A DNA stretch of 64,000 bases from contig CBFFRP010000297.1 of assembly GCA_965644295.1 (NCBI GenBank), positions 124,001 through 188,000 on the forward strand, in the 5' to 3' direction. This stretch comes from Paraphysomonas bandaiensis (taxonomy: Eukaryota; Protista; Chrysophyceae). A program made the translations under genes and the position numbers. Below are positions 49,656 to 62,642 of the stretch, piece after piece; position 1 is the first letter of the stretch; each line of letters starts with the position of its first letter. The notes under the pieces were generated by a model. It made no database searches and was not told where the DNA came from. It worked only from the letters and a program-made list of their open reading frames with translations.

Positions 49656-52569
49656 ATGGACAAGTCAAATCCATCTCCAGTGAGCCCAATGTATGCATCA
49701 AGAAACACAAAACAACATCCCACTGACCAGAAAACACCTGTAGTATCACCATTTGATGGACGAAGTAGAAGTAATAGATATTTAACAACAGATAACAATA
49801 CTCCTCGTGCACATCACAGTAAGCCCTCTAACAATGATGGAATGAGCTCGAATGAGACAAGTAATAAAGAGAGTGTTATGATATCTCCATTTTTTAAAGA
49901 AAAAGGAAGTTTAACAAGAACAAAGAACATTGAAACTGTTACTGATAATAAGAAATCGAATGCTAATGTTTTGAATGCTCTCCGATCTGAGGATGAGTCT
50001 GAACCGTCTGTATCACCAATGTTTATGGGTCAGAAAGGATCACCATTGAAAAATGTACGATATGATAGCACAAGGACTATAAATGGTAAGAATAATGGGA
50101 CTGATTTAAAGGATATATCCAATGACTCTGATGAGCCTCCAACCAATAACGACACTGAGAGGCCAACTATATCACCTATGTATTTTGGAAGTGACGATAA
50201 TGCAGAGTCGCAGACAGGAGATCAAGAACAGGTGTGTGCTCTCTATATCTTATAAAATATATCAAGAATTATTTATGGACTATACAGAAGAATATTGATG
50301 AACCCGAGACTGAGAAACCACCAAAAGACCAGAAATTGAATCTCTATCATGCTATTCACCTAAGCACCCCCTGGCTGTGTGCATGCATAATATTACACTT
50401 GTTGTTATTTGGATTCCTGCTTAGTATAGGTCAAGACGCTCTATCTCCTTCTTCCCTTTCTATTTTGTTGCTGCTAGTTGTGACCGTTCCGGTTTTGTTG
50501 TTTCTGTCGCGGTGGCACACCACAAAAACTCGAGTGTCTAAAGGGTGGCTCAGCAAGGCAGACACCTCCCCAAAGAGTGAGACGGACAACGTGCCCGACA
50601 AATGCATTTATCTTCTTTCTGGGGCCGCACTGCTTGAGGGTTTAGCGTGCGCCCTGTATCCAGTTCTCTCTGTGCAAACTAGAGGAAATAATGATGACGC
50701 AGACGCTCTTGAGGGTGGTGGCTTTCGTTCGTACAAAACCTTAGGACAGATTCTATCCTTTGTATCCCTTACGCTTTATGCTTTTTATAGCACTCTGCGT
50801 CCAGCAAATAGACTGGACCCCTTGCGCACTATTCTGGAGGTTAGTCAATTGTGTGTGCTTACCCTAGCGTGTATCGTAACTTTGTGTGAAGCTGGAGGCC
50901 GTCTCCCTGTGCTGGGACGCTCTCGATGGCGCCTCACTATACGACCTTTTGATAGACTCCACATCATCGTCAACTGATGATTACGAAATATCATCTGCTG
51001 TTGACGCCAGTGCTCGCTTTTTGATGACATTCTGGTACCTCTCTATTGGTGTCCGCGTGACCATCATGTACTGCGTCCACCTTTCGCCGGATTCATGGAT
51101 TCACTCCTTTTTACATTCCCCACCTCTCTCTCTCTCACCCATGCCCACTGTGGACCGGACATTGAGCGCCATAAGACTCAAGAGCGCGAGTACGATGTGC
51201 ATGGCTTGTGCACAATTTTATGCAGCTGGGTTACGTATATCTCTGTGGTCCTCTGGCGACCTTTCCCATCTGCAGCAGGAGATGATGGTGAAGAATATTC
51301 TCTTCCTACTACCCGTTGGGACTGCCGTTCTGTGGCGTCAGAGTACTAGCAACTTGGACTGGAATGCTCGAGAGCTTTTTGTTGGTAAAATTCCTCTACT
51401 CAATATAGATGTGGACATCAGGAAGCCCACACGACCCACGCAGCTGGAAATCCTGCGATACACGTTCGTGGTATCGTATGTTGTTACGGGTTGCTTATTA
51501 TCAGCCGTTCTCATGCAAGTTACTGGAGGTGGGCTACTATGGAGCATCAACATAGTAACTGACGTGGCTCTCTGTGTTGTTTTCATTCGGCTGTGCAAAT
51601 CAGTGCACAAGACTAGGGTAAGTCATCTGATGGCTTTTTCACTTAACTTTATCCTTTTTTAGGTGTGGGTCCTGTTTCCTTCGAAACTGGCTAGTGGACT
51701 GGGTATTGCTCTGATGTTGAATCTCTTTGCAGCCCGAGTACCCGCCTTATATTGGTATAGTGTTTCCTTCATGCTCTATTATTTAACGTTGTTCAGGCAC
51801 GCCAACGAAATGGAAGACAATGATATATGGAACTATACAAATGCCCTACTCATTGTATTGGCATCTTTGGTTCCGATATCGACGTATACAATGTTTTGGT
51901 CGATATGCAATATGCTTTTCCATGCCGACTTCACAGCGTGTCCTGGACAGTAAGTGATATACGGTTTTAAAATGTTAATCTAACGAGTAAGTTGCAGCTA
52001 CAATGCAATCAGCGACCCAGGAAACCTACTCGTCATATCTCAAACCATGTTGGAGGGCGCGCTGGATGTGGTTTCTTCTGTGTCCCTTCTCTCGTTGGCT
52101 GACACAGATAATGTAAGGGTGTTGCTGAGTAATTATTATCGATGCTCACTATGTGGCACAGATACCGCTGTCCTTGGATGGATTAATTATATTCTTTGCT
52201 TTCTTCGAGTTATGCAACGCTTGTCAGAGTTTCATGTTCCTTGTTCAGATGTCCGGAGGCACTAATGACACACCTGGCCATTTGGTGAAGTGGAGATCCA
52301 CTGTGCGCTTGTTTAGTGGTGTGATTGATTTCGGCATATTCATTCTCCGTTTGGCTTTATGGATTCAGTACAATGCAACAGATAGTGTGTTTTTAGTGAA
52401 GAATTTGTGCAGCTTAATTCAAACTGTCTCACTCGTGGAGAGGGCAAGAGGTGTGGAATTCTACACTCCGAACGAGCTGTTTGTACGATATGTTCTTCCC
52501 CGAGAATGGTATGGCATTAAATCAGAAGAGGAATGGAAGAAAGCTATTGAAATTCCCATTGACTATTAG
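49656..52569 (+). CDS. Multi-pass membrane protein, probably with two TMEM121/CECR6-like domains
   Basis: Six exons and a disordered N-terminus. Two similar modules: CWDALDG...LRISLW...MMVKNI and GALDVVS...LRLALW...FLVKNL. Confidence 0.6.
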
Positions 52570-53063
52570 CTCGTATAGTTTTAGTTTCCTGTGGGTATAC
52601 TGTTGTGCCTGAACTTCATGTTGTACATATTTTGCGCTGATAGCGTATTCAATTGTCGTGGTCAATAAAGTTACTACATTTCTTCATCTAAGCTCAACTA
52701 TGTATCGTTGTTTCCGCCGTAGTACGCATTACAACACAGCTGAAACTTGTATTGCATGATCACATATTTTCCTTTTTATTCGGTTTTAGTCAATATTAGT
52801 TCTGTTCCAACGTCTCAGTTCTTTCACTGATACGTACATATGAAGTATACTTCAACTACAAGATTATTATACACAATCTTACTTTTCTTTCACTCAGATG
52901 TTGAATTCTAGATCCGATCTATCTAAATTAAAGTAGGGCAACATATTGAATCTGTGAAATAACGGGCAAACTGCTTTCCGTTCGAAATACCTCTAAAAGC
53001 AGCTTATAAGCTCATATCATTAGTTATTGCAGCAGTAAAACTTTACAACATTATTCTACTGAG

Positions 53064-53495
53064 TCAGAGTTCACCATGCCTCTTCCTCTTTCGATCATTT
53101 CGTTCTTGTTTTCTTATTTCATTTTTCAGTTTATTCTGTCTCTTCTTCGCTTCTCTTTGGGATTTCTCGGCCTTCCACGGGTCGTCTCTTCTCAGTACAC
53201 CATCCACCAGCTTTGAAGCAGGTGCAGCTTTAGAAGCGTGTTTTATGCGCTGAGCAATAGCTTCTTTTGGAACACCATGCGCGTGCATATCTTTTATTGT
53301 TTTATGAACAGTGTCTGGTAGCTTATTGACGGCTTCATCCAATTTTTTTCTCTCCCGTCGTGTTTCGACCTGTTTCATAATAATATGAGGGCTCTATACC
53401 ACTACTACTGCTGTATATATGCATCATACCTTCTGCGGTGCAGCACTAGCCAGAGCAATAGCAATTAATAACACAAATAATGAAAGTAGCTTCAT
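53064..53495 (-). CDS. Small basic secretory-pathway protein ending in HGEL
   Basis: Exon 53495-53430 (MKLLSLFVLLIAIALASAAPQK, signal peptide) splices in frame to 53393-53064. Confidence 0.7.
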
Positions 53496-54162
53496 ATTAC
53501 TTAATGTTTGATGTCGTTTCTACTCATTGTGCACATGGAAATCTCTTTGTATGTATCAGTTTGCGCATACATCACTGTATCTAACGTACTGCTACTGTGC
53601 AATACATGCATATGATATGATATTACACATACTACTGTATATGCAATACATTGCTGTATATGCTGCTGCTGTGTACGTACGATTACAGTGTCGTATATTC
53701 CGGTATTCCGTATTGCTTTTATTGTACTTCCAAAAACTCAAAATCCGGATATTTCATTGTATTCTTGCAAAATTTGTAGATTTTGAAAATGTATTTTCAC
53801 TGTCGATTAGGGTTTATCTAGATACTATAAAGGCATGTGTCATATCTTTCAATTCAGTGGGACAAATCTCTCATTAATAAATAGATAACACTAAAGAAAT
53901 TACCCTTGATGTATATCAGCTCACTCAAGGGTCCATCACTGACCTCAAGTATTGAATGATCTCAGCAATTCCCTATCACACGGGATCAATACTTTTCTAG
54001 ATCACTCCACAGTCTTGACATTGTGCTAATTTATATATGCTGTCAGAGTATACTTAGAAGTAGATTTTTACATTAAGTTGAGCGCATAACAATTTTTTTT
54101 ATTAGATATTAGAGGCTTTACCGACTATCTTATAACCTTGGTTTGAAGGAAATGCTTTAGAG

Positions 54163-54900
54163 CAGGGATGGGGGAAAATATATTGCAGTACTATTGTTAG
54201 ATAGCGTTCCATCAATAGTATTGATGGAGTTTTTAAACCGGACCTACAATACTATTGCAATATATTAGTATGACTAATCAGTAAGTAAACATAAAGTCAC
54301 TTGATAATCAAACCCACTACTCATCCTCATCCTCTGAGCCATCATCGGTGACATCATCACCGTATTCATCCATTATTAATTGAAATATGCTTGCATCCGG
54401 CCACAACTGTCGGTTAGCTTTCATAAACAACAACATATTAAGTGTGGTAGGATGCATACGTTTGCACAACTACGTTCACATGTGTTGGAAGTACATACTA
54501 CATGACTCGTGCACCTGTATTATATATTTCTACTTTCCGTTTCTTAAGTTTTTGAGCTGATTGAAGATTTTTTTTGCATAGCTAACTTCAGCTTCATCAT
54601 CCTCTATATTGTTGCAATAGTCACTGCCTGAACGGAGATACATTCTAACAGCATCTTTCTCAGATCTTGTCAATTCAAATTCTTCGCCTGCTTGGACTTT
54701 TGCAATTCCATTATCAAAATTTGTATCATTAACAATGGAACTGTTTCTCTTTAAAGCAGATAGTGGATACTTCGCCCCGAAGTTCCTCAATAAGACACCA
54801 AAAATGTCCGGGCATTCATAAAGTTTCACTTGACTTGATCCTCCTGTTTGTCAACCGAACTCCAGAAACAGCGGTAAATGTCCCTACTTTCGTTTGAATT
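54163..54900 (-). mobile_element. Degenerate hAT transposon remnant (second family)
   Basis: CAGGG terminus at 54163. The minus strand gives FDNGIAKVQAGEEFELTRSEKDAV and KRMHPTTLNMLLFMKANRQLWP (dimerisation-domain end). Confidence 0.7.
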
Positions 54901-55448
54901 CATCGTTCAGAGTTCAGACGTCTCTTCTTATCACTGTCCTATATATTATGTACTTCTTAATATATTATATTAAGAGAATTACTGTACATTCATGTGTAGA
55001 AGTATAGAGTACAGAGTACTGTTTGAGCTAGCGATAGGTAAAAAATAGAAAACAACATCAAAATAGGCTTTTTTCTTAGTTTCCGGATATTTATGTTTTA
55101 TGTACAGTGGCGTATATTTTGCACCGTACAGTTGAGAATCTTTTCTTATATGACTATCATAATATTGATTGTGTTGAGATCTGAAGATTCTATATACTTG
55201 CAATTGAGTGCAGTATTATGTGAGATGCAAGGATCGAAAGATATATATGTAATTAGTACATTATATTATGTAGTATGAAACTGAAGTAGAAGTGGATGAC
55301 TATACAGGATACGATCACTGAGTGTGTGGTTTGTACACTATAGTAGTAAATGAATGGTGTTGAACACATCGAACACAACTTAGGTTCTTTATCATGTAAT
55401 GTTTATAATTTCATCTTATCAGTTGAGAATAGTAAACCTTAGCAAATA

Positions 55449-57957
55449 ATGTCAACTTCTGTTATGGTAGCGAATGCTAGTTGTAGGGATGGGGAAGATG
55501 ACAAGAAGCTACGGTTTGACAAGAACCAAGCAGACTATTCAGCGAGAAAAATCAAGATGCATCTAATGAAGAAAAACCGAAACCATCTTGGCTTGGAGGA
55601 CCCGCCAGCCGGAGGAAGGAATTTAGAGTCATGGAGAGAGCGTAATGATACCTGTGTTAGTACTATTTGGGAGGCTTGCGAGCATGACCCTGATGTGTTG
55701 GAGGTAGCCAATCAATATTTGGAGGGGAAGGCAATTTTACCTGCTGATGATCCTGCTAAGGAGGTGTTATCCAGTGAGCTCCTTCAGACACTGGTTGATA
55801 GGTTCAGAGGCGAGATTGGGACTGTATTGGAGAAGACTACGGCAGAATACCATTCGTTCAAAATAAGGCCGGGGGAAAAGGTGTCTGTTGGGGTAGATCG
55901 ACTGAACGGTATAATCCAGAAGCTCATAAAATTGGGACAACCGCAGACAGAGGCAAGTAAATTAGCAAAGATAAAAGCAGCGCTGCAGATAGAGGAATTA
56001 CATGATTTATGGATGTCGGTAGCGATGATGCCTAAAGCAACAACTACATTTGATTCGGTGAAAGAGGCTTGTGAAGAGTATGACGAGGCTATGACGCAGC
56101 TGAAGAAACTAAAGGGAGACAAATCTGAAGAGATCAATTTTACGGCGTCGAAGGAGCCAGTGGTTTGTTCATTTTGTCGGAAGAAGGGACATGTAGCAGC
56201 GAATTGTTATGCTAAGGAACGACAAAGGAAAATGGACAAGTTCAAAAGAAAAGGGAAGACAAAGGAAAAGGCTTCGAAGAGTGTGCAGCAGCCAGGATCA
56301 AAGGATTATACTGGTTGTCATATCTGTGGAGATTTTAGTCATAAAGCCCGACAGTGCAAGTCGAAAAAACGGAAGAACATAAAAAACCCGGATAATGAGA
56401 ATCCTCGAAAATCGAACAGGAAATTCGAGACAGAATGGAAGAAATACGTCAACGACGGAGAGTCGTCGGATGATGAAGCGAATATGTTTGGAGAAGAGGT
56501 TTTGCTATCGGTGGATACGTCGGAAGAACCTCGTGTATATCTGGACAGTTGTGCAAGTAAAAGACTGTTTATAGTAAAGGATAAAGTTGCACTGGAGTCA
56601 TTTACTCCTGAGTTTGGGGCAATCCAACTAACTAGAAAGGGTTCTCAATTGGAGACACAGGGAACTGGTACATTTGGGGAATGGAGAGACATCAGAGTTA
56701 GTGAAGAAGCGGTGAAGAATATTGTGTCAGGAGGAATGCTGAGATCAATGGGATACGGATTACAACTGCTCCGAAAGCCTAAAATCGTGGAATTGGACTC
56801 TGGAAACGAGGTGTTGACTGGAGAGTACGATGAGCATGGAGGAATGCCGTATGTGGACTTGATGGAGGTGTTAAATCTGCCAAATGTGTCTATGTGCAAT
56901 CAGATGGAGGAGGTAAACTTGTCGGATAATACAGGACAAGATGCGTTGGATCGCTTACATGAGCGTACTGGACATGTCTCGAAATCGAAGTTATTAGAAG
57001 CTCACCGACACATGTTATTCAGAGGATCAGGACTACAACGACATCACCTTTCGAAGGCAAAGGAGAAGAGTTGCAAGAAACCCCTGTGTAAATGGTGTGC
57101 CAAGGCGAAGATAACCAGGCATTCGTTCAAATCACGGGACAACGAAGAGCTAAGCGCAGTCAGGTTTCTGGAAAAAGTGACAGCGGACATCTCAGTCTAT
57201 CTGAATTGTGAATCCAGACAAGGGTATAAGTACGTGCTCCTATTCACGGACTTAGCAACAAAGATGATATGGGAATATGGATTGAGGACTCGAAGCGGAG
57301 AGGAGGTGTTCAAATGTCTACGACACTTGTGCGAGGTCCACTTAGTGAAGTACGAGGGGTGGAACCGTATAGTGGAGTATCATGCCGATGGAGGATCCGA
57401 ACTTATTAGTCAGCAGATAAGAGAGTATCTGTTGCAGCGATATGGGACTCGGGTGTCACATACAACACGAGACACGCCAGAGCTCAACGCGGTGTCTGAG
57501 AGGAAATTCCGAACAATTGGGGAGATGACACTGACGATGTTGACGGCATCTGGACTTCCAAAGTCGTTCTGGTTTGATGCTTATCAAACTGCATGTTACA
57601 TTGTGCGACGAATGCCAACTCGGACGTGGCAAGGATGGATGTCTCCATATGAGTGTGTCCCAGGGGGGAGCGTTCCCAGCCTATCGTGGCTACGGAAATG
57701 GGGGTGCAAAGCATATGTGCTAACACCCAAGGCCGACAGGAGGAAGGACTGGGAGGACAAAGCAATGACAGGTTATTTCATAGGGTATCCAGCTGATCGA
57801 AAAGGATACAAGGTGCTAGTGGGGGACACCGTAGTACACTCTGTACATGTATTATTTGATGAATCGGTACCTGAGAGGTCTCAGGATTATTATAGAGAGC
57901 TGGAGGAGGCTCAAGTGGCTATAGATCCCGAGGCTCGTCAACCGGGTGAGTTTGAGT
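55449..57957 (+). CDS. Copia gag-pol, 5' part (gag, protease, integrase)
   Basis: Zinc knuckles CSFCRKKGHVAANC and CHICGDFSHKARQC; protease YLDSCAS; HHCC LHERTGH...CKWC; DDE core TADIS / HADGGSE / NAVSERKFRT; GCKAYV...FIGY. The TAA stop is created at the insertion junction. Confidence 0.93.
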
Positions 57958-59609
57958 AAGTAAACAATATGCAAACGTGGGAAAAAAAATTTCCCACGTT
58001 TTTGACGTACATTCCTCGTTAAAGCTAGCTAGTTACTAGAGTGCTAATAAATAGTTCTCTGCATTTGTATTGATATATTACTGACTAATATTGCAAATTA
58101 ATATTATTTTCAGTATAAAAATGGGTTCAACTAACCGTTTGATTGCTATGTACGTGAATGAGCTACAAACTAGTTCTAGCTAGTCATTGTATAAACATAA
58201 CACCACATAATTATTGAAAAGAAGAGCAATAAACATACAATGCATACTCTACTCTTCTCTATATTCAATAACATTCTACAGAATTCCTTGTTCTTCTCCT
58301 TCCGATTCTGAAGCTCGAGGAGCTGGGCTTCAGCTTTGAAGTTGTCACGTTCATAAGCCATACGAACGTGTCCACAAGAAGACTTTCTGTGTAGGAGTTC
58401 TTCGTGCTCTTCTTCGTGCTCTTCTTTCTATCTTTGCTTCGTTTTTGACGGGGAGGTCTCATCTTTCGACGAAGCTGTGTTCTAGCACTGAATGATTCCT
58501 CCTCTTAACGACTGCTGGAATGCCCATCAATGCATGCAGGGAACTCCTCAGAGCTCTCTATCTCTTTCTTCCGACGACTCTTTCTTCAAGTAGGTTTAGA
58601 ATTAGACAGGACATGCTATTCTAGCTACTTACGGCAGGTTAAAAGCTTAAATGAAATGCCTTTGAAGCACTAAGCTTCCGTAGTGGCAGTCCTTTCTTCT
58701 GCATCATGTAATCTACACAATCAATCATTCTGATATTGTAAAGTAGACATATACATAAATGAATTGCAGCATATGAGATCGTGTATAGTGCTACATACCA
58801 GCAGTAGGTGTATTGTTGGCAACCCCAAGGAGAGTGACCGAAGGTGCATGTCCACTCTCCTCAATCCACTGTATGAGGCTCTGTGCTACAGCCTCGTGAC
58901 CAAACGCTGTCATGAAGACACATGTGACTTTCCTGGAAGGCAGTTATAAGCCTGCAACTCTGAACCACTCAGTAAGAGTATCATCTGAGAGTGGTGTGAC
59001 CTCTGCAGCATTCGGAAGTATGTATGTGTGTGTCTGTCTGTCTGTGTGCTCAGGAGGTGTGATCCACACAACAATGAACACCTCATCCGATAAACCACAC
59101 CTCCTGAGCACTCCTCACTGTCATCAACAATGTCACCATATAAGCACCAGAAGATACTGACTCAGAAGATCCATCCCTCTATATGTATGTGTGTGTGTGT
59201 GTTAAGTTATGCATATGTATTATGGTCAAGATGTGCGTGTTGTAGTCACTGCTCGTGCAGTGTGGTTGCGGTGTAGTGTGATGCACACCGCGTCCTCATG
59301 ACGCGTGTTCGATGCTCTTGTGGGGTGTTTTTGTCAATTCAATTTTTTTTGTACGTGTTTTTCTATATGTTATGCTGCGCTGTGCTGTGTGCATGAATGT
59401 ATCCGGTGCGAGGAACACATTTTGAAATGCGCACATCACACACAACACAACAAACACAGTAACACTCGGGATGCAGGCTGTGCTGAGTGATGCGCGATGC
59501 ATCTATTCCTACCTCATGTCGAAAGTGTATGTTTTTCGACAGCAGATGTCTTTCCACGACAAGGTTAGTTTGCTAGTACTGTGTGTTCGTATGTGCGTTC
59601 TGTGCCTGT

Positions 59610-60382
59610 TCAACACTGTGCTCATTGATGTAATAAATGATACGTGTGAGTCAAGTGGGGGCACAGTGGGGGTTCATCGCTTTCGGTTTGTTCAATTGCT
59701 TGATCACTTTTGATACAAACCGAGAAGCTTGATGATTTAGGGTCTGCTCATCTAGTCTTTGCACTGGATTTGAGCTGGTTCCCACCTAAACGGGGCTTTG
59801 TTGCATGTGACGTGAGTTTCATTGCAGCAATTAAGAGGTGTGTATTGAGCAATCAGAAAACCACCCCCGCATCACTGTTTCGTAGTATGTCATCTCGAGT
59901 TAATGACGAACCGATTTAGTTGTACCTTCTCACTGTATCTGTAATGCATGAAGTATGTATATAAATGCTATTCTATTAATGATTATATGTTGCATGTGCC
60001 TTATCAACACTGTGCTCATTGATGTAATAAATGATACGTGTGAGTCAAGTGGGGGCACAGTGGGGGTTCATCGCTTTCGGTTTGTTCAATTGCTTGATCA
60101 CTTTTGATACAAACCGAGAAGCTTGATGATTTAGGGTCTGCTCATCTAGTCTTTGCACTGGATTTGAGCTGGTTCCCACCTAAACGGGGCTTTGTTGCAT
60201 GTGACGTGAGTTTCATTGCAGCAATTAAGAGGTGTGTATTGAGCAATCAGAAAACCACCCCCGCATCACTGTTTCGTAGTATGTCATCTCGAGTTAATGA
60301 CGAACCGATTTAGCTGTACCTTCTCACTGTATCTGTAATGCATGAAGTATGTATATAAATGCTATTCTATTAATGATTATAT
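59610..60382. repeat. Tandem duplication, period 394 bp
   Basis: 59610-59988 is nearly identical to 60004-60382; identical 69-aa ORFs at 59710 and 60104. Confidence 0.95.
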
Positions 60383-60889
60383 ATGTGTTTCTAATACCTA
60401 GTTTCTTTGTGTGTGTTTTAGAGTGTGCGTTGCTTTTGAATCGGGCTGATGTCATAACACGCTTTCATTGTTGCAATGATCTCTGCCTTCTGAACTCTGT
60501 CGGCTGTCTTCGTGGAAAGGAAATTATATTGAGATGCTGGACTGAGATTCCATGATCAGTATTGACAGAACTGGTAGTGGAGCGTTATACTCTGAGTTCA
60601 ACTGGAAAGTTGATGATGTTTCTCAAGGTTAAGTAGAGGGCGTGTGCAAGAATTGTTTATGCAGCTGCTATGTATGACGTATAGTGGTTGCGCGATGGAT
60701 TTATGTTGTACAAGTTATACAGCTGCTACGTGTGTTCTTTCGTGTAGCTGACACCTGTGTTCTCTCGTTGCGCTAATTGAATGCTAGGCTCATGTTGCAT
60801 CGAGAGATTGTAGTGTATGACGTGTGTAGGCGTTGTGTGATGGCTATATGTTATACAGTTATACAGCTGCTATGTGTGTTCTCTCGTGT

Positions 60890-62642
60890 AGCAGTACATT
60901 GTTATGCTACACTTGTGTTCTCTCGTTGTGCTAATGAATGCTAGGCTCATGTTGTATCGAGAGATAGCAGTGTATGACTTGTGTAGGCGTTGTGTGATGG
61001 CTATATGTTATATAGTTATACAGCTGCTATGTGTGTTCTCTCGTGTACAGTAGCTGAGTGAATATACGTGTAGCAGTACATTGTTATGCTACACTTGTGT
61101 TCTCTCGTTGTGCTAATGAATGCTAGGCTCATGTTGTATCGAGAGATAGCAGTGTATGACTTGTGTAGGCGTTGTGTGATGGCTATATGTTATACAGTTA
61201 TACAGCTGCTATGTGTGTTCTCTCGTGTACAGTAGCTGAGTGAATATACGTGTAGCAGTACATTGTTATGCTACACTTGTGTTCTCTCGTTGTGCTAATG
61301 AATGCTAGGCTCATGTTGTATCGAGAGATAGCAGTGTATGACTTGTGTAGGCGTTGTGTGATGGCTATATGTTATACAGTTATACAGCTGCTATGTGTGT
61401 TCTCTCGTGTACAGTAGCTTTGTGAATATACGTGTAGCAGTACATTGTTATGCTACACTTGTGTTCTCTCGTTGTGCTAATGAATGCTAGGCTCATGTTG
61501 TATCGAGAGATAGCAGTGTATGACTTGTGTAGGCGTTGTGTGATGGCTATATGTTATACAGTTATACAGCTGCTATGTGTGTTCTCTCGTGTACAGTAGC
61601 TGAGTGAATATACGTGTAGCAGTACATTGTTATGCTACACTTGTGTTCTCTCGCTGTGCTAATGAATGCTAGGCTCATGTTGTATCGAGAGATAGCAGTG
61701 TATGACGTGTGTAGGCGTTGTGTGATGGCTATATGTTATACAGTTATACAGCTGCTATGTGTGTTCTCTCGTGTACAGTAGCTGAGTGAATATGCGTGTA
61801 GCAGTACATTGTTATGCTACACTTGTGTTCTCTCGTTGTGCTAATGAATGCTAGGCTCATGTTGTATCGAGAGATAGCAGTGTATGACTTGTGTAGGCGT
61901 TGTGTGATGGCTATATGTTATACAGTTATACAGCTGCTATGTGTGTTCTCTCGTGTACAGTAGCTTTGTGAATATACGTGTAGCAGTACATTGTTATGCT
62001 ACACTTGTGTTCTCTCGTTGTGCTAATGAATGCTAGGCTCATGTTGTATCGAGAGATAGCAGTGTATGACTTGTGTAGGCGTTGTGTGATGGCTATATGT
62101 TATACAGTTATACAGCTGCTATGTGTGTTCTCTCGTGTACAGTAGCTGAGTGAATATACGTGTAGCAGTACATTGTTATGCTACACTTGTGTTCTCTCGC
62201 TGTGCTAATGAATGCTAGGCTCATGTTGTATCGAGAGATAGCAGTGTATGACGTGTGTAGGCGTTGTGTGATGGCTATATGTTATACAGTTATACAGCTG
62301 CTATGTGTGTTCTCTCGTGTACAGTAGCTGAGTGAATATGCGTGTAGCAGTACATTGTTATGCTACACTTGTGTTCTCTCGTTGTGCTAATGTATGCTAG
62401 GCTCATGTTGTATCGAGAGATAGCAGTGTATGACTTGTGTAGGCGTTGTGTGATGGCTATATGTTATACAGTTATACAGCTGCTATGTGTGTTCTCTCGT
62501 GTACAGTAGCTGAGTGAATATACGTGTAGCAGTACATTGTTATGCTACACTTGTGTTCTCTCGTTGTGCTAATGAATGCTAGGCTCATGTTGTATCGAGA
62601 GATAGCAGTGTATGACGTGTGTAGGCGTTGTGTGATGGCTAT
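60890..62642. repeat. 182-bp tandem satellite array, about 9.5 copies, with degenerate flanks (about 60660-63050)
   Basis: Marker ctaatgaatgctagg recurs at 60931, 61113, 61295, 61477, 61659, 61841, 62023, 62205, 62387 (variant) and 62569. Confidence 0.97.

Noticed and set aside
55020-55377. Candidate copia 5' LTR (TG...CA)
   Set aside because: Several start points fit (55020, 55170, 55172), there is no clear PBS, and the 3' LTR is outside the window.
60890-62642. Regular array as a possible CRISPR
   Set aside because: Whole 182-bp units repeat with no unique spacers; eukaryotic context; no cas genes.
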